Counted from the first letter of the stretch, positions 48,127 through 57,572 are shown. The stretch is DNA of 64,000 nucleotides from an uncultured Eubacteriales bacterium (GCA_964642925.1 CAZXPJ010000002.1:80494-144493); one strand, 5' to 3'. The notes: generated from the sequence alone by a model not told the origin. Translations and numbers: made by a program.

Positions 48127-51100
48127 ATGAGTTTTGTACATTTACATAATCACTCCTGTTACAGTCTTTTAGACGGAGCCTGTAAACTTGAAGATATGGT
48201 TATAACAGCTAAAAATCAAGGGATGCCAGCTATTGCACTTACTGACCACGGGGTAATGCATGGAGCTATTGATTTTTATAAAATTTGCAAGAAAAATGAT
48301 ATTAAACCTATTATTGGTTGTGAAGTGTATGTAGCTCCAGGAAGCAGGTTTACTAAAGACGGTGGGCGTAATGAGCGAGCTTATCACTTAATCTTATTAG
48401 CGAAAAATATGCAGGGTTATAAAAATCTAATAAAACTTGTTTCCTCTGCTTGGCTGGAAGGATTTTACTATAAACCAAGAATAGATACGGACTTAATTGA
48501 AAAATATAGTGAAGGATTAATTGCCACCAGTGCCTGTATGGCTGGGGAAATTCCTCAAGCTCTAATGAGGGGTGAAAGAGAAAAAGCAATAGAGAGAGCC
48601 TTATGGTATAAAAATATTTTTGGGAAAGATAATTTTTATATCGAGCTTCAGAATCAAGGAATTCAAGAACAAAGGAAACTGAACATGGAACTAGTAGATG
48701 TTGCTTCAGAAACAGGAATTCCTATTGTAGGAGCTAATGATATCCATTATGTAAAACCAGAACATGCTAAAATGCATGACATTTTATTATGCTTGCAAAC
48801 AGGAAAAGTTTTAAGTGATGAAAATAGGATGAAGTTTCCTACAGATGAATTTTACTTAAAATCAGCAGAAGAAATGAAACTAGCCCTGGGAGATTACCCA
48901 GAAGCTTTGACCAACACCATAAAAATAGCGGAGGAATGTAATCTAGAGTTAGATTTTTCTCAAATGCATATGCCAGATTTCCAGGTTCCTCCAGGTTATG
49001 ATACAGACTCTTACTTTGATTTCCTTTGTAGTGAGGGATTAAAGCAACGTTACCCTAAAGCAAATAACCAGGTAATGGAAAGATTGGATTTTGAAACTAA
49101 AATGCTTAGAAAAATGGGTTATATAGAATATTTCCTTATAGTTTGGGACTTTATAAACTATGCTAAAAATAATGGAATTTATGTTGGACCTGGACGAGGA
49201 AGTGCCGCTGGAAGTATTGTCTCCTATTTATTAGGAATTACAGATATCGATCCATTGAAGTATGATCTTCTATTTGAGAGATTTCTTAATCCTGAAAGAG
49301 TATCTATGCCTGATATAGATATTGACTTTTGCTATGAACGAAGAAGTGAAGTTATTGATTATGTAGTTAAAAAATATGGTGAAGATAAGGTTTCCCAAAT
49401 TATAACCTTTGGAACCATGGCGGCTAGGGGAGCAATTCGTGATGTGGGTAGGGTAATGAATATACCTCTCCCCATTGTAGATAGAGTTGCAAAAATGGTG
49501 CCTACGGAGATTGGCATTACCTTAAGTAGAGCTATAGATTTGAATCCAGAGATTCAAAAAGAAATGGATTCAGACCCACAAGTTAAAGAAATGATTAAGA
49601 TGGCTAGAGAATTAGAAGGTATGCCTAGGCATGCAGGAACTCATGCTGCAGGAGTAGTGATTTCAAAAAATTCTCTTGATACTTATTTACCCCTACAAAC
49701 TACTTCTGAGGGATTTGTTACCACTCAGTTCGCTAAGGAAAATGTGGAAGAAATTGGCCTTCTTAAAATGGATTTTTTAGGGTTAAGAACTCTTACGGTA
49801 ATTAATAAAGCTATTGAAATGATTAAAAGAAATCGAAATCTAACCATTGATTTTTCAGAAATTGATTTGGGAGATGAGGAAACATATAAATTATTGTCTC
49901 GAGGAGAAACCTTAGGTATTTTTCAATTGGAAAGTGCAGGGCTAAGAGCAATTATCAAAGAACTACAACCAGAATGTTTTGAGGATGTCATAGCACTAGT
50001 TGCTCTTTATCGTCCAGGACCTTTGGGTAGTGGTATGGTAGAAGATTTTATTAAAAGAAAGCATAAAGAGAAAAGAGTAGAATACCTTCATCCAGTTTTA
50101 GAACCCATATTAAATAACACTTATGGGGTAATAATATACCAAGAACAGGTTATGAGGATTGCCAGTGAAATGTCAGGTTTCTCTCTAGGAGAAGCCGATT
50201 TATTAAGAAGAGCCATGGGAAAGAAACAAAAGGATATAATTGATGGCTTAAAGAAACAGTTTATTGATGGAGCAAAAGAAAAAGACATTCCCCAGGAGAT
50301 TTCAGGAAAAGTTTTCGAGTTAATAGAATACTTCGCAGGATATGGATTTAATAAGAGCCATAGTGCAGCTTATGCTCTATTATCTTTTCAAACAGCATAT
50401 TTAAAAACTCATTTTCCTCATGAGTACATGGCGGCTTTACTATCAAGTATTATGGATTCCCAAGATAAAGTTAATTTCTATATTAACGAATGTATTAGGA
50501 TGGGAATAAAGGTTCTTCCTCCAGATGTTAATCAAAGTGGGGAGACTTTTGAAGCAGTGGAGGATCAAATTGTTTTTGGATTAGTAGCAGTTAAAAATGT
50601 AGGTAAAAATGCTATAGAAGAGATTCATAAATCAAGAAAAACTGATGGCAATTTTGCTAGCATTCAAGACTTTACAACTAGAGTAGATCTTTCCATAGTT
50701 AATAAAAGGACAATTGAAAGTTTAATTAAGGCTGGTGGCTTTAAAAGTATTAATCCTAATCGAGCTCAACTTTTACAAATGCTTGAGCCTTGCTATACTC
50801 ATGGGCAAAACATACAAAAGGATTTAAATTCATCTCAAGTTTCTTTCTTTGATATAACGGAAGACGCAGGTTTTGATATTAAGAATATAGTTATTGAGAC
50901 TCCAGATTCCGAGGATTTTACTGATAAAGAGAAACTGAATTTAGAAAAAGAATATCTTGGTTTTTATGTAAGTGGACACCCTTTAGATGAGTTTAAAAAC
51001 ACTATTAAGAAAAAGATTAAATATCAGATCTCGGATCTTCCTAATCTTAAGGATAAAATGCGGCTAAGAATAGCAGGCATCATGACTAGGGCAGAAAGGA

Positions 51101-51537
51101 AGCCTACTAAAAGAGGGCAGACTATGGCATACTGTACCTTAGAAGACTTATCTGGAGAAATTGAAGTCTTGGTTTTTCCCAGTACCTTAGAAAAATATTA
51201 CGATTTTGTAGGAGCAGACCGTTATGTAATAATTGATGGGACTCTTCAGCTTCAAGAGGATGGCGTAAAGTTCTTTGCAGAAAAAATATCGGAGCTCACT
51301 AAAGAAAAAGATGATACATTAATATTAGAATTTATAAAACAATTAAATGACAATAGAATATTTCCAGAACTACAAAAAATTTTTTTAGAGTACCCAGGAA
51401 ATACAGAAGTTATTTTCCGTTTTCCTGATTTAAAAAAAGAAATGAAACTTCCTGAAAATAACTGGGTAAGTTTAGATGTAGGTCTCATTAAAGAACTAAG
51501 AAAGTTTGAAAATCTCTTTAGTTTTAAAAAAGAATAA
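48127..51537 (+). CDS. dnaE: DNA polymerase III alpha subunit DnaE
   Basis: 1136 aa. Has a PHP domain (FVHLHNHS.YSLLDGA), a polymerase core (PDIDIDF) and an OB fold at the C-terminus. Confidence 0.97.
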   Translation: MSFVHLHNHSCYSLLDGACKLEDMVITAKNQGMPAIALTDHGVMHGAIDFYKICKKNDIKPIIGCEVYVAPGSRFTKDGGRNERAYHLILLAKNMQGYKNLIKLVSSAWLEGFYYKPRIDTDLIEKYSEGLIATSACMAGEIPQALMRGEREKAIERALWYKNIFGKDNFYIELQNQGIQEQRKLNMELVDVASETGIPIVGANDIHYVKPEHAKMHDILLCLQTGKVLSDENRMKFPTDEFYLKSAEEMKLALGDYPEALTNTIKIAEECNLELDFSQMHMPDFQVPPGYDTDSYFDFLCSEGLKQRYPKANNQVMERLDFETKMLRKMGYIEYFLIVWDFINYAKNNGIYVGPGRGSAAGSIVSYLLGITDIDPLKYDLLFERFLNPERVSMPDIDIDFCYERRSEVIDYVVKKYGEDKVSQIITFGTMAARGAIRDVGRVMNIPLPIVDRVAKMVPTEIGITLSRAIDLNPEIQKEMDSDPQVKEMIKMARELEGMPRHAGTHAAGVVISKNSLDTYLPLQTTSEGFVTTQFAKENVEEIGLLKMDFLGLRTLTVINKAIEMIKRNRNLTIDFSEIDLGDEETYKLLSRGETLGIFQLESAGLRAIIKELQPECFEDVIALVALYRPGPLGSGMVEDFIKRKHKEKRVEYLHPVLEPILNNTYGVIIYQEQVMRIASEMSGFSLGEADLLRRAMGKKQKDIIDGLKKQFIDGAKEKDIPQEISGKVFELIEYFAGYGFNKSHSAAYALLSFQTAYLKTHFPHEYMAALLSSIMDSQDKVNFYINECIRMGIKVLPPDVNQSGETFEAVEDQIVFGLVAVKNVGKNAIEEIHKSRKTDGNFASIQDFTTRVDLSIVNKRTIESLIKAGGFKSINPNRAQLLQMLEPCYTHGQNIQKDLNSSQVSFFDITEDAGFDIKNIVIETPDSEDFTDKEKLNLEKEYLGFYVSGHPLDEFKNTIKKKIKYQISDLPNLKDKMRLRIAGIMTRAERKPTKRGQTMAYCTLEDLSGEIEVLVFPSTLEKYYDFVGADRYVIIDGTLQLQEDGVKFFAEKISELTKEKDDTLILEFIKQLNDNRIFPELQKIFLEYPGNTEVIFRFPDLKKEMKLPENNWVSLDVGLIKELRKFENLFSFKKE

Positions 51538-51551
51538 GTGGGGGTAATGTT

Positions 51552-52058
51552 TTGAAAGAGAAAATTGCCATTTATCCTGGCACCTTTGATCCTGTAACAA
51601 ATGGTCACATTCATATTATAGAAAGGTCAGTAAAAATCTTCGATAAGGTAATTATCGCTGTAGCTAATGATAATTATAAGACAACGATCTTTTCTGCTAA
51701 AGAAAGAGTGGAATTACTTACAGAATGTTTTAAAGATGAACCAAGAGTTGAAATTGATATTTTTTCAGGTTTGGTTACAGATTATTCAGTTAAAAAGAAC
51801 GCTATCGCTTTAATAAGGGGACTAAGGGCAATCTCGGATTTTGAATATGAGATGCAGATGGCTGCAATGAACAGAACCTTGAATAAAAACCTAGAAACCA
51901 TTTTTCTAATGACAGATGCCAAGTATTCCTTTATAAGTTCCACCTTGATCAAAAAGGTAGCTTGTTTAGGAGGAGATGTGGATACTTTAGTTCCTAAAAT
52001 TGTTAGAGAATATCTGGAAGAAAAGTACAGAAAGGAGCCTAAGTATCATGGAGAATAA
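51552..52058 (+). CDS. coaD: pantetheine-phosphate adenylyltransferase
   Basis: 168 aa with a TTG start. Contains YPGTFDPVTNGH and ISST motifs. Confidence 0.92.
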   Translation: MKEKIAIYPGTFDPVTNGHIHIIERSVKIFDKVIIAVANDNYKTTIFSAKERVELLTECFKDEPRVEIDIFSGLVTDYSVKKNAIALIRGLRAISDFEYEMQMAAMNRTLNKNLETIFLMTDAKYSFISSTLIKKVACLGGDVDTLVPKIVREYLEEKYRKEPKYHGE

Positions 52059-52269
52059 TTGGAATGATTATGTGGTAATTAAGGCCTTGGAGAATGGAGT
52101 AAATATTAGTGGAATAACTAGGGGCAAGGATACTAAGCTTCATCATACTGAAAAAGTAGATAAAAATGAGATCCTAATTGCTCAATTTACAGAGCAAACA
52201 TCAGCTATTAAAATTAAAGGGAAAGTAGAATTATATACAAAGCATGGTCTTATTAAGACGGAAGAATAG
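52048..52269 (+). CDS. small conserved-looking hypothetical protein
   Basis: 73 aa from an ATG preceded by AAAGGAG. It overlaps the coaD end by 11 nt. Family not recognised. Confidence 0.4.
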   Translation: MENNWNDYVVIKALENGVNISGITRGKDTKLHHTEKVDKNEILIAQFTEQTSAIKIKGKVELYTKHGLIKTEE

Positions 52270-52281
52270 TGAGGAGCCTAA

Positions 52282-53244
52282 ATGATAAAAAAAATCGGCA
52301 TATTAACTAGTGGTGGCGATGCCCCAGGTATGAATGCCGCTATTCGTAGTGTTGTAAGAACGGCAATTTATAATAACATTAAGGTCTTAGGGTTTGAAAG
52401 AGGATATCAAGGATTAATAGATAATTCTTTTTATGAAATGGGTATGACTAGTGTTTCTGATATTATACAAAGAGGTGGAACAATCTTAAAAACTGCCCGA
52501 TGTGAAGCTTTTAAGACAACAGAGGGTCAGAAATATGCTAGTACTATTCTAGAGAAAAACCAAGTAGACGCCTTAGTGGTTATTGGAGGAGAAGGTACTT
52601 TTAAAGGTGCTTTAGAAATCCAAAAAATGGGTGTGAAAGTAATTGGAATTCCTGGAACAATTGATAATGATGTTTACGGAACGGAATATTCCATAGGCTT
52701 TGATACAGCAGTAGATACAGTAGTTGGGGCTTTAAACAAGATACGAGATACGGCTTCTAGTCATGAGAGAATCTTTGTAGTTGAGTGTATGGGTAGGAAT
52801 TCAGGATGGATAGCTTTAATGTCAGGAATAGCTGGGGGAGCAGAAGATATTTTGATTCCTGAAAGAGAATTTTCTTATCAGGAATCAGCTCAAAAGATTA
52901 AAGATGGTTTTGAGAGAGGCAAGGCTCATGGAATTATTGTCTTAGCTGAAGGTGTAGAAAAATCAGAGATTTTCTCTGAAAAGCTTGAGCAGCATTTGGG
53001 AATGTCAGTTAATAGGATTGTTTTAGGACACATTCAAAGGGGAGGAAACCCTAGCTCTTTTGATAAAATATTAGCTAGTAAACTGGGTTATTGGGCAATT
53101 GAAGAATTACTAAAAAGCAATTATGGTAATATGGTAGGAGTTAAGGGAAAGGAAAAGGTCTTAGTTCCTTTTAAAGAAACGGCAAACAATATAAAAAATG
53201 TAGATGAAGAATTATATGAAATGGCAAAGGTATTGAACCTTTAA
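52282..53244 (+). CDS. pfkA: ATP-dependent 6-phosphofructokinase
   Basis: 320 aa. Contains GILTSGGDAPGMNAAIR, IGGEGT and PGTIDND. Confidence 0.96.
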   Translation: MIKKIGILTSGGDAPGMNAAIRSVVRTAIYNNIKVLGFERGYQGLIDNSFYEMGMTSVSDIIQRGGTILKTARCEAFKTTEGQKYASTILEKNQVDALVVIGGEGTFKGALEIQKMGVKVIGIPGTIDNDVYGTEYSIGFDTAVDTVVGALNKIRDTASSHERIFVVECMGRNSGWIALMSGIAGGAEDILIPEREFSYQESAQKIKDGFERGKAHGIIVLAEGVEKSEIFSEKLEQHLGMSVNRIVLGHIQRGGNPSSFDKILASKLGYWAIEELLKSNYGNMVGVKGKEKVLVPFKETANNIKNVDEELYEMAKVLNL

Positions 53245-53258
53245 GGGGTTGAGAGAAA

Positions 53259-54989
53259 ATGCGAAAGACAAAAATAGTAGCAACAATAGGGCCTGCTAGT
53301 AGCAGTGTTTTATTGTTGACGGATTTGATAAATAAAGGGATGGATGTTGCCCGTTTGAATTTTTCTCATGGAACCCATGAGTCACATTATGAACTTATAA
53401 AAAACATAAGAGAAGCAGAAAAAAACACTGGAAAAGAAATTGCTATTATGATGGATACAATGGGCCCTGAAATTCGCACAAGAAAATTTAAGGGTGAAAA
53501 GGCATTCTTGCAAGTAGGGCAAGAGATAATAGTGACTTCTGAGGAAATACTGGGAGATGAAAAAAGGATTTCTGTGACCTATGATCATATTAGTGAAGAT
53601 TTAAAAGTAAAAGATAGAATTTTAATTGATGATGGTTTAATTGAACTTATTGTAACAAAAGTAGAGAAAAATGAAGTTTATACTCAAGTTGTTACAGGAG
53701 GAGAAGTTTCCAATAATAAAGGAGTTAATCTTCCAGGAAAAAATTTGCAATTACCATCTTTAATTGATAAAGATATTGCAGATTTAGAATTTGGAATGCG
53801 TCATAAAATTGATTATGTTGCTGCTAGCTTTATCAGAACAGGGAGAGATGTATTAGAAATAAGAAAAATTATTGAAAGAGCAAATTCTGATATGGATATA
53901 ATTGCTAAAATAGAAAATGCCGAAGGTGTAGAAAATATAGATGAAATCCTAGAACTTGCTGATGGGGTTATGGTTGCCCGTGGAGATTTAGGAGTGGAAA
54001 TACCTCCAGAAGAAGTACCTATTGCTCAAAAAATGATTATAAAAAAAGCAAATTATAAAGGTAAACCAGTTATTACAGCTACTCAAATGCTTGAATCTAT
54101 GATTCGCAACCCAATTCCTACTCGAGCGGAAGCCTCGGATGTTGCTAATGCTATTATTGATGGCACTGATGCAATAATGCTTTCAGGAGAAACAGCAGCG
54201 GGTAAATATCCTATTCTCGCTGTGGAAATGATGAATCGCATCGCAATTAAGACTGAAGCTGAAGAGGAATTTATTGGAAAGAATGAAGATTTTACTCCTG
54301 TTAAAAACACTATTCCTGATTCTATTGCTAGTGCAGCATGTAGACTTTCAGGAACTCTTGAAGCTAGAGCTATTATAACTTCTACAGCTTCAGGTTCAAC
54401 AGCTAAAATGGTTTCTAAATATCGTCCTAAAGCTCAGATTATAGCAGCTACACCTAGTTCTAGAGTATATCGTAAGCTTAAATTGGTATGGGGAGTAGAG
54501 TCAATCATAACTTCTCAAAATGAAGGTACCGATGAAATGATCAAAAGTGCTATTAACACCTCTCTTATGGAAGGACTTATTAAAAATGGAGATCTTGTTG
54601 TCCTTACCGCGGGAGTTCCTGTAAAAATAAAGGGAACTACCAATTTAATTAAGGTGGAGGTAGTAGGCAAGGTAGTTATAAGTGGAGTGGGTATGGGAGA
54701 GGGAACGATTACTGGAAATGTAAGGATTGTCAAAGATCCAAAAAAAGTAGATAATATTTCCCCAGAGGATATTGTAGTTTGTTATAGTACGGATAAAGAT
54801 TATGTACCCCTAATGAAAATAGCTAAAGGCATAATTAGTGAAATGGGTGGCCTTACAAGTCATACAGCCATAGCAGCTTATTCATTGAAGAAACCAGCCC
54901 TAATAGGAGCTAAAGATGCAGTTTCATGTTTAAGAGAAGGAGAAAAAATAACTCTAGACTTAGACAGAGGTGTAATTTATTTAACTTAA
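53259..54989 (+). CDS. pyk: pyruvate kinase with C-terminal PEP-utilizer mobile domain
   Basis: 576 aa. Contains KIV.TIGPAS and MVARGDLGVEIP. The extra C-terminal domain carries GGLTSHTAIAA. Confidence 0.96.
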   Translation: MRKTKIVATIGPASSSVLLLTDLINKGMDVARLNFSHGTHESHYELIKNIREAEKNTGKEIAIMMDTMGPEIRTRKFKGEKAFLQVGQEIIVTSEEILGDEKRISVTYDHISEDLKVKDRILIDDGLIELIVTKVEKNEVYTQVVTGGEVSNNKGVNLPGKNLQLPSLIDKDIADLEFGMRHKIDYVAASFIRTGRDVLEIRKIIERANSDMDIIAKIENAEGVENIDEILELADGVMVARGDLGVEIPPEEVPIAQKMIIKKANYKGKPVITATQMLESMIRNPIPTRAEASDVANAIIDGTDAIMLSGETAAGKYPILAVEMMNRIAIKTEAEEEFIGKNEDFTPVKNTIPDSIASAACRLSGTLEARAIITSTASGSTAKMVSKYRPKAQIIAATPSSRVYRKLKLVWGVESIITSQNEGTDEMIKSAINTSLMEGLIKNGDLVVLTAGVPVKIKGTTNLIKVEVVGKVVISGVGMGEGTITGNVRIVKDPKKVDNISPEDIVVCYSTDKDYVPLMKIAKGIISEMGGLTSHTAIAAYSLKKPALIGAKDAVSCLREGEKITLDLDRGVIYLT

Positions 54990-55017
54990 AATAGAAATAT
55001 TGAGAGGAGGTGAAGAG

Positions 55018-55209
55018 ATGAAAGAATTATATAAGTCTAATAATGATAAAATGATTTTTGGAGTAGCTGGAGGTATTGGAGAGTTTTTTGGCATTTCTGG
55101 TACAGTAATAAGATTACTCTTGGTTATTTTTACTATGGCAGGAGGAAGTGGTTTCTTGCTTTATATTCTTGCGGCTATCATAATGCCCTCTAGTAATGTG
55201 TATAGATAA
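55018..55209 (+). CDS. PspC-domain small membrane protein (copy 1)
   Basis: 63 aa. KELYKSNNDKMIFGVAGGIGEFFGIS..VIRLL is the canonical PspC domain. GAGGAGG RBS precedes the ATG at 55018. Confidence 0.8.
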   Translation: MKELYKSNNDKMIFGVAGGIGEFFGISGTVIRLLLVIFTMAGGSGFLLYILAAIIMPSSNVYR

Positions 55210-55254
55210 AAATGAAGAAATAAAAAAAATGAATAAGCACAAATAAGATACTCT

Positions 55255-55395
55255 AGCGCCAGAACCCAGAAAGGGTTGACGAGGAGGAAGTTAATCGAAA
55301 ATTTCGGCGGATGCTTCCCGGTTTCTGCTTAATCGATAGGGAGGGTACAAAACCTGAAAGTGATTTCAGGAACAAAAACCTCGCCCTTAAGCAGT
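55255..55395 (+). ncRNA. glmS ribozyme (GlcN6P-dependent self-cleaving riboswitch)
   Basis: The core is readable: A|GCGCCAGAAC, the P1 hairpin ACCC-AGAAA-GGGU, UUGACGAGG, GGAAG/CUUCC, AUCGAAAAUUUCGGCGGAUGC, the 8-bp helix CUGCUUAA/UUAAGCAG, and the peripheral hairpin CCUGAAA-GUGA-UUUCAGG. It lies directly upstream of a glmS-derived ORF. The predicted cleavage site is between 55255 and 55256. Confidence 0.9.
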
Positions 55396-55422
55396 TGTGC
55401 TTAAAAATAAGGAGGCACTTTT

Positions 55423-56547
55423 ATGTGCGAAAAAGCTATAAATGCAGAAGATATAGAAAAAATAATTTATCCACACTTTATGATCAAAGAAATATATGAA
55501 CAACCAGAGGTTTTTAAAAAAACTCTCCAGGGAAGATTAAATGGAAATAAAGTTGATTTTAGTGAATTAGCTATCCCAATAGAAGAGATAAAAAAATGGA
55601 AAAAAATATTTTTTGTTGCCTGTGGGACCTCTTATCATGCAAGTCTTGTGGGTAAAGAAATAATAGAAAGATGTACTAATATTCCAGTGGAAGTGGAAAT
55701 TGCATCAGAATATAGATATAGAAAAGCTATGGTAGATGAAGATACTTTAGTTATAGTTATAAGTCAGTCTGGTGAAACAACAGATACCTTTGAGTCTATC
55801 CAAAAATCTAAAGATGCTGGGGCAAAGGTTTTAGCCATAACTAATGTAGTTGATAGCCCCATTGCTAAAAAATCAGATTATGTTGCATATATCTGGGCAG
55901 GTACAGAAATATCCATAGCTTCAACTAAAGCTTATACAACAACATTAATTGTTTTATATCTTTTAACTTTCTATATAGCCGAAATAAGGGGAAGCATGGA
56001 TCAAGAGGAATTATCCTCATTAGTTGGGGAACTGGTTAAAATGCCTTATTATGGGAAGCTAGCTTTAGAGGATGAAATGCCTAAGGAAATTGCGGAATTT
56101 TTAAAGCCAGAAACAGATGCTTTCTATGTAGGTAGAGGAATAGATAAGTTGATCGCCTTAGAGGGTGTTTTAAAACTTAAAGAGACATCATATATGCATG
56201 CGGAAGCCTATGCGGCAGGGGAACTAAAACACGGAACTTTTGCTTTATTAAGTAATGAAACAAATATGATGGTTATTAATACTCAACAGGAACTTTCAGA
56301 TAAAACTTTATTAAATGCCCAAGAAGTTAGAGAAAAAGGAGCTAGATTATTTATATTAGCCCAATTAGGTGATGAGGAATCAAAGAATTACGCGGATAAG
56401 GTTTTATATATTCCTAAAATGCATGATTTTTTTACCCCAATCATAGCTGCTATACCTCTTCAACTTATTGCTTATTATACTGCATTAGGTAAAGGAAGAA
56501 ATGTGGATCAACCAAGAAACCTAACTAAGGCTGTTACCGAGGAGTAG
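55423..56547 (+). CDS. GlmS isomerase-domain-only protein (two SIS domains; glutaminase domain absent)
   Basis: 374 aa. It begins MC, then EKAINAEDIEKIIYPHFMIKEIYEQPE, which corresponds to roughly residue 235 onward of a 600-aa GlmS. It also contains CGTSYHA, SQSGETTD, GELKHG and the C-terminal DQPRNLTKAVTEE. AAGGAGG RBS is present. Confidence 0.85.
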   Translation: MCEKAINAEDIEKIIYPHFMIKEIYEQPEVFKKTLQGRLNGNKVDFSELAIPIEEIKKWKKIFFVACGTSYHASLVGKEIIERCTNIPVEVEIASEYRYRKAMVDEDTLVIVISQSGETTDTFESIQKSKDAGAKVLAITNVVDSPIAKKSDYVAYIWAGTEISIASTKAYTTTLIVLYLLTFYIAEIRGSMDQEELSSLVGELVKMPYYGKLALEDEMPKEIAEFLKPETDAFYVGRGIDKLIALEGVLKLKETSYMHAEAYAAGELKHGTFALLSNETNMMVINTQQELSDKTLLNAQEVREKGARLFILAQLGDEESKNYADKVLYIPKMHDFFTPIIAAIPLQLIAYYTALGKGRNVDQPRNLTKAVTEE

Positions 56548-56551
56548 AAAA

Positions 56552-56752
56552 ATGAAAAAAATGTACAAATCGAATAAAGACAAAATGATATTTGGAGTTT
56601 GCGGAGGTATTGGAGAATTCTTTGGAGTTTCCAGTACACTCATTAGATTGCTATTTGTTATTTTTACATTAGCTAGAGGAAGCGGTGTTCTTTTTTATAT
56701 AATTGCGGCGATTATAATGCCTTCAGATAATGTATATAAGCTAACAAAATAG
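56552..56752 (+). CDS. PspC-domain small membrane protein (copy 2)
   Basis: 66 aa. KKMYKSNKDKMIFGVCGGIGEFFGVS..LIRLL is a paralog of the 55018 gene. It starts 4 nt after the glmS-like stop codon. Confidence 0.8.
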   Translation: MKKMYKSNKDKMIFGVCGGIGEFFGVSSTLIRLLFVIFTLARGSGVLFYIIAAIIMPSDNVYKLTK

Positions 56753-56770
56753 AAAAATAAAATATAATTT

Positions 56771-56808
56771 AGGCTCTCTTAAGGCAATAAATCCTTAGGA
56801 GAGCCTTT
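56771..56808 (+). terminator. hairpin after pspC copy 2
   Basis: A 14-bp stem, AGGCTCTCTTAAGG-N8-CCTTAGGAGAGCCT (one G-U pair). The U-tract is weak. Confidence 0.5.
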
Positions 56809-56839
56809 AAGTTAAAACTTTATTAAAAGAGGTGGAAAA

Positions 56840-57514
56840 ATGATACCAGTAAGGGATGATAATCCTTACCATAATAGACCCTATATGACCTGGTTTATTA
56901 TTCTTGCAAGTGCTGCAATATTCGTATTCCAAATGTCCCTGTCTTATGAAGAACTTGAGGCCTTAGTTGTTACTTATGGTTTTATACCAGAGAATTTAAC
57001 TGCTTTAATAGAGGGAGATATTTCTCTTTTAAAGAAGGTTGTTACTAGCGTGTTTGCTTGTATGTTTCTTCATGGAAGCTGGGTTCATTTACTAGGTAAT
57101 ATGTGGAGTTTATGGCTTTTCGGAGATAATGTAGAGGATAAAATAGGAAGATTAAATTTTTTCTTTTTCTATATTTTTTGCGGTATCGCGGCAACAGGGG
57201 CTCATTACTTTTTTAATATGAATTCAGATTTTCCTGTAATTGGGGCTTCAGGAGCTATTGCCGGTATAATGGCTGCTTATGTGGTAATGTTTCCCCTAGC
57301 TAAAATAGTTACCTTAATTCCAATTCTATGGATTCCCATTTTTTTTCATATTCCAGCATTTATTTTTATAGGTTTATGGTTCTTCCTACAAGTATTCTTG
57401 GGAATATCTGAGTTATCTGTAATTGATGCTGCTGGGGGAGTTGCTTGGTGGGCTCATGTAGGGGGTTTTATTTTTGGTGCCATCTTTATAAGGCTCTATA
57501 GTAAAAAAAATTAA
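56840..57514 (+). CDS. rhomboid family intramembrane serine protease
   Basis: 224 aa with 6 TM segments. Contains HGSWVHLLGNM, GASGAIAG (catalytic Ser) and AH.GG (catalytic His). Confidence 0.88.
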   Translation: MIPVRDDNPYHNRPYMTWFIILASAAIFVFQMSLSYEELEALVVTYGFIPENLTALIEGDISLLKKVVTSVFACMFLHGSWVHLLGNMWSLWLFGDNVEDKIGRLNFFFFYIFCGIAATGAHYFFNMNSDFPVIGASGAIAGIMAAYVVMFPLAKIVTLIPILWIPIFFHIPAFIFIGLWFFLQVFLGISELSVIDAAGGVAWWAHVGGFIFGAIFIRLYSKKN

Positions 57515-57539
57515 TTAAGAAATTAGTAAATATTTCTTA

Positions 57540-57548
57540 TGTTATAAT
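57540..57548 (+). promoter_or_regulatory. extended -10 element upstream of the antiporter gene
   Basis: TGTTATAAT matches TGnTATAAT, 25 nt upstream of the ATG at 57573. Confidence 0.4.
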
Positions 57549-57572
57549 ATAAAACATAGGAAGGGGAATTTT

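Noticed and set aside
51252-51614. 120-aa minus-strand ORF across the dnaE / coaD junction
   Set aside because: It is antisense to dnaE and coaD, both of which have unambiguous motifs. It is a shadow ORF.
55311-55499. 62-aa + strand ORF (MLPGFCLIDREGTKPESDF...)
   Set aside because: It lies inside the glmS ribozyme and runs out of frame into the start of the glmS-like CDS. It has no RBS, so it is an artefact of the structured RNA.
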